DNA from: Candidatus Latescibacterota bacterium
GTDB taxonomy: Bacteria; Latescibacterota; UBA2968; UBA8231
Direction: 5' to 3'
Length of the DNA: 64,000 nt
Assembly (NCBI GenBank): GCA_965217585.1
Contig: OZ244561.1
Coordinates: 1,312,001-1,376,000 of the forward strand
The notes under the pieces were generated by a model. The model did no database searches, was not told the DNA's origin, and was given only the letters and a program-made list of their open reading frames with translations. Below, piece after piece: positions 1 to 9,488 of the stretch (position 1 is its first letter; each line of letters starts with the position of its first letter). A program made the position numbers and the translations under genes.

Positions 1-639
1 CAGGTCGTAATCGCCAAAGGCCGCCCCAGTGCTCCACCGGTCGTCGCCGACCCCGGCGCTGACCGTGGCGTCCTCAAACCGGCCATCGCCTCTGTTGCGG
101 TAGAGTCGGTTGGATCCATAATTGGTGATGTACAGATCCGCGTTCCCGTCGTTGTCGTAATCCGCCGCCACACAACCCATCCCCCAACTCGTGTCGTTCG
201 CCGCTGCTGCCGCGGTCACGTCGGCAAAGCGCCCCCTGCCTGTATTGCGGTAGAGGGCATTGTCCAGAGGCGGGACATGGCCGGTTCGCTCCAAAGTGGA
301 CCCATTGACCAGATATATATCGAGATACCCATCGCCGTCGTAATCGAAAAAAGCGGCCCCACCGCCTTTGGCTTCTAGGATATGCCATTTCTCCGGTCCT
401 CCGGAACGGTGTTGCCAGTGCAGACCAGCCTGCTCGGTGACGTCCGCAAATAGCGGGGCGGCCCGTTGCGGCATAATCGGTGGAGGGTCTGGAGCGCAGG
501 CGACTAGAGCCCAGACCACACCCAGCGCAGTCCAGACCGCCGCAACCTCGCCTCTAAGGCCCTGCGCGGAAACACTTGGGGCCAACCCGGCGCAAGCGCG
601 TTTTTGTCCCAAGGCCTCAAATATCGCATTCACGAGCAT
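1..639 (-). CDS. CRTAC1/FG-GAP (ASPIC-UnbV type) family lipoprotein, 5' part; runs off the left edge
   Basis: Hand translation of the minus frame gives lipobox-like VWALVAC, then [56 protein letters not shown]. Closely parallels 17816..19525. Start ATG at 639 is tentative. Confidence 0.88.
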   Translation of the reverse strand, partial: MLVNAIFEALGQKRACAGLAPSVSAQGLRGEVAAVWTALGVVWALVACAPDPPPIMPQRAAPLFADVTEQAGLHWQHRSGGPEKWHILEAKGGGAAFFDYDGDGYLDIYLVNGSTLERTGHVPPLDNALYRNTGRGRFADVTAAAAANDTSWGMGCVAADYDNDGNADLYITNYGSNRLYRNRGDGRFEDATVSAGVGDDRWSTGAAFGDYDL

Positions 640-646
640 TGCCGTT

Positions 647-1891
647 CTACTGTCCACTCCGGCGCTGAGCCGTGGCTAGCAGTTCTAAAACACGGGATTG
701 GGTGGAGTCGAGAGCCGTGGCCTTTTCGAGGGCCTGCACTGCCAGCAGATAGCGCTCTTGCCGCAGATAGACCTCCCCGATGGCCGCCAATACTGCGGCC
801 GAGTCTTCGTGCGAATCCCGGGCCCGCAGCAGGGCACTCTCGGCTTCTTCCAGCCGCCCCTGGCGCAGATAGAGCCGTCCCAGTCCGGTATGGGCAGCCC
901 CCAACTCGCTGTCGAGCCGGATAGCCTCCAGGTAGCAGCGCTCGGCCGTCCGCTCCCTACCATCCGCGGCTAGCACGTCAGCCAGCGCGAGCTGGGCCCG
1001 GGCATCTTGAGGCCAGGCCTCCGCCGCGGCCAGCAAGTCGGCCGCATCCTGCCCCTGGAGCGCTCTGAACCGCTCTAGGGCCTGCTCCCCGGCTTCTCTC
1101 TGCCCTGCCGCTAGGTAGAGCTGTCCCAAATTGAGATGGGCGGCGGCCAACTCCTCATCGAGTCGCACGGTCCGTTCCAACAGTTCAATAGCAGCCGCCT
1201 CTCGGCCGCCGAGCCGGTAGAGCACCGCTAGTTCGCACAGCACCCGGGCGTCTTGCGGCTGTAGTTCGAGGTATTTTTCATAGGCCGCTTCCGCGGCGGC
1301 AAGACGACCCTCGTAGCGGTACAGGCTGCCGAGACGCTCGTACGCGGACGCCAGCTGGGGATCGCGACTCAGAGCCTGCCTATAAGCCGTCTCGGCCGCG
1401 GCCAACTGGCCCCCGTGGTTGTAGAGATTGCCCAACCCGTAGTGATAGACCGCCCGGTCCGGCGTCCTAAAAACAGCCTGTCGGGCTGCTTCTAGGGCCC
1501 GGGCCAGTGCGGGACCTTGGTGAGTCTTGAGATAATGCATCAGAGAGAGTTCGGCGCGGGCGTAAAAGATCTCGGCTCGACTCGTATCTAGGGCTGTGGC
1601 TTGGTCTAGGGCCGTCTCGGCCAAGGCCACCTCCTCCAGGGCCAGGTAAGTGCGGCTCAGCCCTGTATAGGCCCGCACCGAATCCTCGGCTCCAGCCAGC
1701 GCCTCCTCGAATACCTCGAGGGCCAGTCTGTGGCGGCCGGCATCCAGATGCTGCTCGGCCAAGCGGTTGTGGAGGTTCAAATCGCCCAAAGTCCCGGCCG
1801 GCGGCGGACGATCCGTCTCGGTGCATCCACTCCAGATAAAGATCGCGGAGCATACGGCGATGGCGAGTACTTTGTGGGAGTCTGCAATCAT
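647..1891 (-). CDS. TPR-repeat lipoprotein
   Basis: Repeated A..Y..LG..Y...G....A...Y..AL...P helices. Signal and lipobox in MIADSHKVLAIAVCSAIFIWSGC. Start trimmed from the ORF-track 2158. Confidence 0.85.
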   Translation of the reverse strand: MIADSHKVLAIAVCSAIFIWSGCTETDRPPPAGTLGDLNLHNRLAEQHLDAGRHRLALEVFEEALAGAEDSVRAYTGLSRTYLALEEVALAETALDQATALDTSRAEIFYARAELSLMHYLKTHQGPALARALEAARQAVFRTPDRAVYHYGLGNLYNHGGQLAAAETAYRQALSRDPQLASAYERLGSLYRYEGRLAAAEAAYEKYLELQPQDARVLCELAVLYRLGGREAAAIELLERTVRLDEELAAAHLNLGQLYLAAGQREAGEQALERFRALQGQDAADLLAAAEAWPQDARAQLALADVLAADGRERTAERCYLEAIRLDSELGAAHTGLGRLYLRQGRLEEAESALLRARDSHEDSAAVLAAIGEVYLRQERYLLAVQALEKATALDSTQSRVLELLATAQRRSGQ

Positions 1892-2031
1892 TGGAACGGA
1901 AGTGATGTCCAGTACCGGAACCGCGCGGCTCCCCCTGAGCGTACACTGAACTGTAGCTAGCCGCGCTAGCCAGAATGCCATCCTCGACGCACTCCCTTCG
2001 TCCAAGACCCCACCTACTTGCAGGTCGCCGA

Positions 2032-3978
2032 TTAGTAGACCAGAGAAATGACGCCGCTCTGCTGCTCGTTCTGCCTGTCGGTCTCCACTTTGATGCGGTA
2101 GATGTAGTGGCCCGGAGGCACCGCGCGGCCGTCGTCGTCCCGTCCCTGCCAGAACCACTGGTAAGCACCGCTGAGCAATGGTCCGCTCTGCAGCTGACGG
2201 ATCTGGCGTCTGGACAGGTCGTAGATGGTGAGGCTGGACTGGGCGAGTTCGGTCAGGTTGAGAATCGAGTAGGAAATGCGGACTTGGTCGTTGACCTGAT
2301 CCCCGTTGGGCGTAAAGACCTCCGGCGCTACTCGCACCGAAGTGATGAGCCGCCTGCCAAAGGGGGTGACAACGGCCACACCACCGCCGCTGTAGGCATT
2401 GGTCGCATCGCCCGGATCTACCAATTGGCGCACCTCGTCGGCGCTCTGGTCGAAGATGCGACCGTTGAACTCCGTGCCGTATTTCACCACCCTCACATCG
2501 AATGCGACTTCGAGCAGTTTCTGGGTGTCTTGGGGACCAAAACGGGGAAAGTGGACCACCAGCCGGTCGTCTAGGATCTCTGGGGGATACTCCTCCAAGT
2601 CGACAGCCTCGCCCTCGATGCGCACCGAATGCACTCTGGCAGGACGGACAAAAGTATCGATCTCCAAGCTATCGAAACCCAAATCGGTCTCATCTAGGAC
2701 GGGCCGGAGGAAATAGGTGAAGGTCGTGTCCACTGCGGCCTCTACCTGCCGGGGAAAGATCTCGGCCACTGCGATTCGGGCGCTGGGGGGTTTGGAAAAA
2801 TCGAATCCGATCGCTTCAATGCGGCTGCCATCGGTGACAGTGGAGAAAAAATCCACGCGAAATTGGATGTAGCGCCGGGGGCCAGGAGAGGCGACCGGCA
2901 CCCCTGCAAAACCGCGATCAAAATCGTAGGGCGGCGACCAGAAGCTCCAGTTCTCCGTATCATAGGTGATGGGCCCGCGCTGCGTATTGGGCACTTTGCG
3001 GTAATCGTTCAGGTTCAGAGGTTTCCCGTCCACCTTCAGCGTCGAGAGTTCGGCCCCTCGGCCAGTGTCCCACCAGTACACGTTGGGGTCTTCGTCCGTG
3101 CCTGTGCGCGTGCGAATGACCACCCTAGCCCCTTTATCCCTGCTGCCGATCCAATGCAAACGCCCCCAGCTAGCCCGATCCCCGGGCAGGTCGGGGACGA
3201 TCGTTGCGATATCGATGATTTCGGAGATATAAGTGGCTTCCGGCACGAACCCTTCACCGTAGATCTCGAATTCGGCGATCTCCCAGGGCTTGGGCCGGAT
3301 CGGCGTACCGCCCGCCGACCTGAGTATCCGGGGCTGAATAGAGACGTAGCGCACCGGACGGGAGGAAAAGACCGTCTCTACCACTGGCTCTTTGTTTTCG
3401 CTCTCGTCGCGGATTTCCTCCCAGATGGGGTTGCCCCGGGTGTCGATCTTTTCTGGATCGCCATCGTTGAGGAAAAGGGCGAACACATCGGCGTACTGGG
3501 CCACCCGATCTGGATGTGTGTAGAACAGGATGCGGCTGACCGGGAAGATGCCCCCCAAGTCTACAGTGGGCCAGACATTGCCATAGCCCTCGCCAGCGAA
3601 GAAGTAGAAAGTGTTGATATCCCCGTCTAGGGCCCGGTAGAATTGTTTGTCGCGCTCTCCGATGCGGGTGCGCTCCCAACCGCCCCGCTCATCGTAGCCC
3701 GGACTCAAGTTGAAATCCGGCTCCACAAAGAAGGGCGCTATGTGGGGTCCCGCGGTGTCCACCAGCGCGAAGCCCCGCTCTTGCGGATGGGTGGATTCGC
3801 CCCGCTGGGCCCCGACCTCGATCCAAGTGCGGCTATCTACGGGCATCTCCGCGGGTATGGGCCATAGCCCATCCGTTGACCCCACCACCAGAAATGCGCG
3901 TGCCTCCGCGTCCCAGACGGCTGCCAAGCCGATGACTATCCCCACCAGCGCGATGTACGCGAAGCGTTTTGCACTCAT
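2032..3978 (-). CDS. Secreted protein with discoidin/F5-8C-like module and C-terminal PNGD/FlgD-Ig domain ending SLVY
   Basis: Signal peptide MSAKRFAYIALVG..AEA; ALDGDINT..VDLGG module; C-terminal PEVFTPNGDQVND...IYDLSRR...WQGRDDDGRAVPPGHYIYRI. Confidence 0.85.
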   Translation of the reverse strand: MSAKRFAYIALVGIVIGLAAVWDAEARAFLVVGSTDGLWPIPAEMPVDSRTWIEVGAQRGESTHPQERGFALVDTAGPHIAPFFVEPDFNLSPGYDERGGWERTRIGERDKQFYRALDGDINTFYFFAGEGYGNVWPTVDLGGIFPVSRILFYTHPDRVAQYADVFALFLNDGDPEKIDTRGNPIWEEIRDESENKEPVVETVFSSRPVRYVSIQPRILRSAGGTPIRPKPWEIAEFEIYGEGFVPEATYISEIIDIATIVPDLPGDRASWGRLHWIGSRDKGARVVIRTRTGTDEDPNVYWWDTGRGAELSTLKVDGKPLNLNDYRKVPNTQRGPITYDTENWSFWSPPYDFDRGFAGVPVASPGPRRYIQFRVDFFSTVTDGSRIEAIGFDFSKPPSARIAVAEIFPRQVEAAVDTTFTYFLRPVLDETDLGFDSLEIDTFVRPARVHSVRIEGEAVDLEEYPPEILDDRLVVHFPRFGPQDTQKLLEVAFDVRVVKYGTEFNGRIFDQSADEVRQLVDPGDATNAYSGGGVAVVTPFGRRLITSVRVAPEVFTPNGDQVNDQVRISYSILNLTELAQSSLTIYDLSRRQIRQLQSGPLLSGAYQWFWQGRDDDGRAVPPGHYIYRIKVETDRQNEQQSGVISLVY

Positions 3979-4036
3979 GACAAAGCTCCAAGCGTGGCGT
4001 GCATGGAACGGCAAAGTCGATTCCACCGCGGGCAGA

Positions 4037-6268
4037 TCAACGGGGCGATCCTCTTTCAAAGAGATCCTCGGCCTGCCTGCGGACGATTTCGAGGACTTCC
4101 CTCCCCCGCACCAACATCCGGTGCCGACGCATTTCCACCTCGGCCCGCTCTAGGTTCCCCAGCTTTCGGTAGAGTCGAGCCAAGTGGTTGTGCACTTGCT
4201 CTTCTTCTCCATGTTGGACGAGGTATTCGTACTGCTGTACCGCCTCGTCGTAGCGCCCCAGCCCCTCGTGGGCAATGGCCAGATTCCGCCGCGCACCCCG
4301 ATGGCCGGGCTCGAGGGCGAGACAGTCGCCAAAGGCCGCGGCCGCGGCCGCAAAATCCCGGCGCTTGAGAAAGACAACGCCCAAGTTGTTGTGCAGATCG
4401 CCGCGTTCGGGCTGACGCGCCAGCAGACGCCTGTATTCCCGTTCCGCCCACTGGTCCTCCCCCCTCTGGTCATAGAGATAAGCCAAGTTATAGCGGGCGT
4501 CAAAATGGTCGGGATCCAGTTCCAAGGCTCTGCGGTACTCGGCCTCGGCCTGCTCGAGAAGCCCCCCCGTGCGGTAGACTCCGGCCAAACCAAAATGGGA
4601 CCGCGCTTTTTCGGGCTCCAGTTCGACTATTTCCCCGAAGAGAGCCACAGCGGCCTCGATCCGGCCCCCCTCCAGGTAGAGATTGCCCAAATTGCGCCGG
4701 GGGGCCGTCTCCCGGGGGGCCTGCTCTATCAAGCGGCGATAGTGACCTTCGGCGCGGTCGATTTCCCCCAAGTCCCAGTATTGTTCGGCCAGCTTGAAAC
4801 GGGCGTCGTAGTGCCCGGGATCAAGTTCGAGGGCTTTGTGCAATTCGATGGTCGACCGGGCCGCCAGTCCCTTGCGGGCATAGGCCAGCCCGGTGTAGAA
4901 GCGCTCCTGGGCGTCGTCCTGCCAAGTGACCGCCCCGGCGTTTACACTCCAAGCCAGCAGCAGCAAGACCGCCCCCAGAGGCAGAACGACCCCCCATTGA
5001 CGGTCGAGGAGGCGCGCCTTGATCCACGCTCCAGCATAGCAGGCCAGCAGGATCAGCAGGGGAATGAGGGGCAGCCGGTAGCGAGCCGTCGGGAAAAAGG
5101 CAACGACCGCCCCAGCATAGCTCAGGACAAAAAGCACGATCAGCCCCCCCTTGCTCCCTTTTGCAGCCAGGACCAGTCCGACCAGAGCCAGAGGCGCTAT
5201 CAAACCGAAGGGAAAGGCCAACTTGTCATGCCAGACCAGGGCGCTCAACAGAGGCGAGTAGCGCCGGGCGAAATACATATCCGTATTGCGTCTAATCTCC
5301 CCTCCCTGCCAGAAGAGGCCGATTTTGCGAATCTGTAGGCTCACATAATCCACTGGTCGCTCTTTTATGAAAGCGAACGCCTCCCTCCAGAAATAGGCGG
5401 ATTGTTCCGAAGGCTTTGCCAGGCCGGCCTGCTGGGGGCGCCGAATCAGGCTGTACCATTCCGTTCCTGGACGCATTTGGGCCGTGCGCGGAAAATCGGC
5501 GTTATTGCCAATATAAAAATTCAGTCCTGAATTCGAAGAGAGCAGGACCACGTCCCGGCCGACCACCCAATTGCGCCAAGCGACCCCCCCCAACACTGCG
5601 CCGATCCCCAAGACAAACACCAATGCCCTGACGAGCCGGGCGGAAAAACGAGCCGGCTCTGAACGCAGGACCAGCCACCCCACCACGCCCAGACCAAAGG
5701 ACAAGACCGTGGGAATGGCCGTGGCCGCCAGTCCCAGCGCTAGGCCGGCGGCCAAGCAAACCCACTTACTTTGGGGAGTACCGTCCCGCAAGAGGAGGAG
5801 CAACAACCCCAGATTGAGCAAAATTCCCAGCACCGGCGGCAGCAATTCGCCCTCGAAATACAGCAGCGGACCGTACACCGAGGCGATCAGGCCAGCGGCC
5901 AAGCCCACGCCCGGGGAGAACACCCGCCGCCCTACTAGGTAGAGCAAAACCACGCTGAGAGCCCCTAGGGCGAACTGGACGAGCCGATAAGCGTAAAAAT
6001 TGGGCCCGAACAGCAGGTGGAGCAGTCCCAAAAAGGCCGGATAGAGCGGCGGCTGCCAGAAGGGCTCGTCGCCCAAGCTAAAGTGGGTCACCAACCGTTC
6101 GGCCTGCTGGAAATATGTCTGGGCGTCTACTACGGGCGTGTCGAAAAGTGGACTCTGCGCCGCCTCGTGGAGATAGACCAGCCGCCAGCCAAGGGCAAAG
6201 AGGAACAACCCGCAGGCGCTGATCCACACCGGCTTTTCCACCAGGCGAATGTACCAACCCGGCTCCAT
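4037..6268 (-). CDS. GT-C fold membrane glycosyltransferase (ArnT/PMT-like) fused to C-terminal TPR repeats
   Basis: N-terminal DAQTY...PFWQPPLYP loop, many TM segments, NSGLNFYIGNN and RYRLP motifs, then several TPRs. Confidence 0.85.
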   Translation of the reverse strand: MEPGWYIRLVEKPVWISACGLFLFALGWRLVYLHEAAQSPLFDTPVVDAQTYFQQAERLVTHFSLGDEPFWQPPLYPAFLGLLHLLFGPNFYAYRLVQFALGALSVVLLYLVGRRVFSPGVGLAAGLIASVYGPLLYFEGELLPPVLGILLNLGLLLLLLRDGTPQSKWVCLAAGLALGLAATAIPTVLSFGLGVVGWLVLRSEPARFSARLVRALVFVLGIGAVLGGVAWRNWVVGRDVVLLSSNSGLNFYIGNNADFPRTAQMRPGTEWYSLIRRPQQAGLAKPSEQSAYFWREAFAFIKERPVDYVSLQIRKIGLFWQGGEIRRNTDMYFARRYSPLLSALVWHDKLAFPFGLIAPLALVGLVLAAKGSKGGLIVLFVLSYAGAVVAFFPTARYRLPLIPLLILLACYAGAWIKARLLDRQWGVVLPLGAVLLLLAWSVNAGAVTWQDDAQERFYTGLAYARKGLAARSTIELHKALELDPGHYDARFKLAEQYWDLGEIDRAEGHYRRLIEQAPRETAPRRNLGNLYLEGGRIEAAVALFGEIVELEPEKARSHFGLAGVYRTGGLLEQAEAEYRRALELDPDHFDARYNLAYLYDQRGEDQWAEREYRRLLARQPERGDLHNNLGVVFLKRRDFAAAAAAFGDCLALEPGHRGARRNLAIAHEGLGRYDEAVQQYEYLVQHGEEEQVHNHLARLYRKLGNLERAEVEMRRHRMLVRGREVLEIVRRQAEDLFERGSPR

Positions 6269-6271
6269 GGT

Positions 6272-9200
6272 TCAGTACACTACACTCACTACCCGGACCT
6301 GAGTGTTCTGCACATCCTCGTCCGTATCCACGTGGATGCGGCACAGGTAGATTCCGGGAGGCACCTGAGCCCCGGAGACATCGCGGCCATCCCATTCTAG
6401 CACCTGTCGCCCGCCCACCCCGGCGGCGGCTACTCGGGCTACGGGAACGCCATTGAGGGTCGAAAATTCGGCTTCGATCCGGCGGTCCTTATCGATCTTC
6501 AGCACGGAGAATACTACCTGCAGTCGGTCATTGACGCCGTCGCCATTGGGCGTAAAGGGATTGGGAGTCAATTCTAGACTGTGGAGGACGCGGTTCTCGA
6601 TGGGGACGAATACAACTGCGCCTTGGCCTTCCACTCGGTCCATGGCATTTCCTTGGTCCACTTGCTGCCACGAATCGGCGATGCCAGAATTGCTTACCTC
6701 GGACCTAAAGGTCGTGCCGTTGAGGAAAATCTGGGAAATGAACCGCAATTCGACCACCTTTCCCCCCTGAAGGACTGTGCCGCGCTGGGTGCGAGGGAGC
6801 GCGGCGTAAGTGGCCCGGGTGAGCGATTCGCCGTCATTGTCCAGCGCGACCTCTTCCCCCTCGAACAAGCGGCGGAAATAGCGCATCGGCCCCTGGGCTT
6901 CAAAAGACAGAGTGTTATAGGTGTTCTGGTCCACCGGCTCCAACAAGGGAACCCCGGTCGAATCGGTTTCCACGATCCGAAAATAATCGATGCGGCCCTG
7001 CTCGCTTTCCGGCAGCAGACCGTACTCGCGCCGGGAGAGGGTCCGTCCCCGTTTGTTGAGCGGGGCTTCATCGCCCGTCTGGGCGATGCGCTGGTAAATG
7101 GGCCCTTTGTCGGGATTGTCTTCTACTGGACGCGGCAGTTGGATCCACAAGGTATCGGCCCCAGTAGCGCGGATCTGCACGTTCTCTCCCGCATCGTTGA
7201 CCAAGACATCTGGACCGCCGGCCCGGAAGATCTCCCCTTCACCCTCTAGTAACTCATCCGGCGTCCCGAGGCGCACCTCGAGCAATTCCATGGCCGTCTG
7301 CTGCGAGGCCAGCACCCGGATCTCGTCGAAGCGCGGACTGCGCAATTGGGCGGGCTGGTCGACAAAAACAGGGCTTAGGTACAGCGAAAAGGTATCGGGC
7401 GCAGCGCTTCGCACATCAATCTGAGGGGATATTTCGCTGACAATCCGCTGGACAATGGGGTCAGTGAAGTGGACGATCAGCGAATCTAGGGTGGCAAAGG
7501 CATCGGGCCGGCTGGAGAGTATCCGAGCCTGGATCTTGAGGAACTTCCTCGGCGAGGGCGAGAGGAACAGATCCCCTGAGTTTTCATAGGGTTTACTCCA
7601 AGGACTCCAGTCGACCCCTGCGGAAAAGGTGGCGGTCGAATCGCCGCGCTGGAAAGTGGCCAGCTGATTGTAGTACTTTTCGCGGGTGACTTCCTTGCCC
7701 CCCTTGTCGAAGAAGTGCTTGACCGGGATCAGTTCGCTGCCAGTCTGAGTGCGGATCTCTATAAGCGTGCCCGGCGGAGTTTCGCCCGCCCAGAGGACCC
7801 GGGTGAGATTGCGCGTCCCCCCCAACTCCATGAGCGGCGACGTGAGTACCACTTCGGGGACGTAGCCCTGCCCGAAGAATTGAATCTCGCCAATTTCGTA
7901 CTGCGCCCCGTACTGGCCGGAGCTCCGGCCAGTGCCGTCGATGTGCTTGAATTCGAAGAAGCGGACTTGGCGGGCCCGAAAGCGGTCTTCAAAACGGGCT
8001 AGAGCCGTTGTGTTGATCTCGCGTTCTGGGGGACTGACTACCTCCCACAACAGCGAGCCATCCGAGGCCGTGGACCCGTCTGAAACCCGGGCCACGTAGC
8101 CGAGGAGGCGCCGCCGGGGATTATCGGGAATGACGCGGTACGTATCCATCCAAAAATTCATCCCGAAGTCGAGGGTGAGTAGGCCGCCGCGTTCGCTCCC
8201 CGGTCCGGTTTCGAGGAAAGTCTGGGCCTTCCAGTAGGTTCTATAATCCCCGTCAAACGCAAGGGCCGGAATGTGCCCTTCGCGCCCCGACACCTCGACC
8301 TTGCCACCTCTATCCTGTAGTCCCAGAGCCAGATTGTCGCCCACGCCAAACACTTCTACATCGGCCAGGCGCGGCCTCTCTTTCCGGTAGTAGCGCACGC
8401 TTCCCCGACGCTCTTGGCCCACGCTTTCGAATTCGGTTTGAGTGGTGGCGATCTCCTGCCCGTCAAAGGTCCTGAGAAAGTAATCGATGGCACCCTGCTG
8501 GGCCGGAGGCAGCGCTTCGTAGTCTTGCCGACTGATCTCGACCGCCCGATTCTTCCGGCTATCCGTCACCACGATGCGCACGTACTGGATAGGAGCGCCT
8601 GTATAGTTCTCTTCGACCTTAAGGTCGGGCTCGAGGACGTATTCAAAAAGGCGCTGGTCCTGCACCGCGCGGGTAGTCCCGCCGATAATGCGGTACTCCA
8701 GAGTCTGCCGGTTGCCAAAGGCGAATTCGCCGTTGGAAACCAGCACCCTGAACTGGCGGAAAGGATCGCCCAACTCCTCATCGACAAAGCGCAGAACCAC
8801 CTTTTCCGCAGACACCAGTCTCCCCAGGTCAATCTCGATCCACCACTCGCTCTCGGGACGGTCGAGATCGGGTTCCCAAAAGGTCTCTAGGCGGTTTCTG
8901 CCCCGGTCGATGATTCCCGCTGTCTGGTCGACATTAGAGCCGGCGTTCTTGATACCACCCCAAGTAAACAGATCGTTGCCGTTTTGGAAGGTATTGATGT
9001 AGAAATCCTTGACTTTGCCTTCGATGAAATGGCTGAAGGTGGGGGCGTCGCTCACCGCGTCGACCCCCTTGCGGATGAAGCGAGGCACGACCAGACCCGC
9101 GGGCGTAATTTCCAAGACGTCCTGGCGGACCTCTCCTACCGGTTCCTGGAGACTGCCCAAGCTCCACTCGTTCCAGTCCCGCGCCCGAGCCACTGTGAGG

Positions 9201-9304
9201 CGCTGGCGCTCGAGCCGAAAGCCCTGTGCCCAAATCCACTCGGGCAACAACAGCAGACTGGCGCTCAACAAGACTACACTGGTCGCGATCAAAGACCTTT
9301 TCAC
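6272..9304 (-). CDS. Secreted 1010-aa protein with two discoidin-like modules and C-terminal PNGD/FlgD-Ig domain ending SVVY
   Basis: Signal peptide; WIEIDLGR and AFDGDYRTYW modules; PNPFTPNGDGVND...WDGRDVSGAQVPPGIYL. Confidence 0.85.
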   Translation of the reverse strand: MKRSLIATSVVLLSASLLLLPEWIWAQGFRLERQRLTVARARDWNEWSLGSLQEPVGEVRQDVLEITPAGLVVPRFIRKGVDAVSDAPTFSHFIEGKVKDFYINTFQNGNDLFTWGGIKNAGSNVDQTAGIIDRGRNRLETFWEPDLDRPESEWWIEIDLGRLVSAEKVVLRFVDEELGDPFRQFRVLVSNGEFAFGNRQTLEYRIIGGTTRAVQDQRLFEYVLEPDLKVEENYTGAPIQYVRIVVTDSRKNRAVEISRQDYEALPPAQQGAIDYFLRTFDGQEIATTQTEFESVGQERRGSVRYYRKERPRLADVEVFGVGDNLALGLQDRGGKVEVSGREGHIPALAFDGDYRTYWKAQTFLETGPGSERGGLLTLDFGMNFWMDTYRVIPDNPRRRLLGYVARVSDGSTASDGSLLWEVVSPPEREINTTALARFEDRFRARQVRFFEFKHIDGTGRSSGQYGAQYEIGEIQFFGQGYVPEVVLTSPLMELGGTRNLTRVLWAGETPPGTLIEIRTQTGSELIPVKHFFDKGGKEVTREKYYNQLATFQRGDSTATFSAGVDWSPWSKPYENSGDLFLSPSPRKFLKIQARILSSRPDAFATLDSLIVHFTDPIVQRIVSEISPQIDVRSAAPDTFSLYLSPVFVDQPAQLRSPRFDEIRVLASQQTAMELLEVRLGTPDELLEGEGEIFRAGGPDVLVNDAGENVQIRATGADTLWIQLPRPVEDNPDKGPIYQRIAQTGDEAPLNKRGRTLSRREYGLLPESEQGRIDYFRIVETDSTGVPLLEPVDQNTYNTLSFEAQGPMRYFRRLFEGEEVALDNDGESLTRATYAALPRTQRGTVLQGGKVVELRFISQIFLNGTTFRSEVSNSGIADSWQQVDQGNAMDRVEGQGAVVFVPIENRVLHSLELTPNPFTPNGDGVNDRLQVVFSVLKIDKDRRIEAEFSTLNGVPVARVAAAGVGGRQVLEWDGRDVSGAQVPPGIYLCRIHVDTDEDVQNTQVRVVSVVY

Positions 9305-9380
9305 GGCTTATCCTCTTTGGAGGATCGGGTAATAGGGGCCGGGACCGTCGTCAGAGTGGTGGACCCGGAGTCCTTAAACC

Positions 9381-9414
9381 GGACGAGGGAGGCTATACAA
9401 CGCCTCCCTCGTCC
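9381..9414 (-). terminator. Intergenic hairpin (terminator-like or mRNA-stabilising)
   Basis: Perfect 13-bp stem GGACGAGGGAGGC / GCCTCCCTCGTCC with 8-nt loop, downstream of 9489..10403. U-tract is weak. Confidence 0.55.
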
Positions 9415-9488
9415 TCGCAAAAAATACTGCTCAAAAACAGGCGAATACGTCGCCTGTCTGCGTCTTGATCTTCGGCTTGTCCAGATTA

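Noticed and set aside
4184-5338. 384-aa plus-strand ORF
   Set aside because: Antisense to the GT-C+TPR gene; typical high-GC shadow frame.
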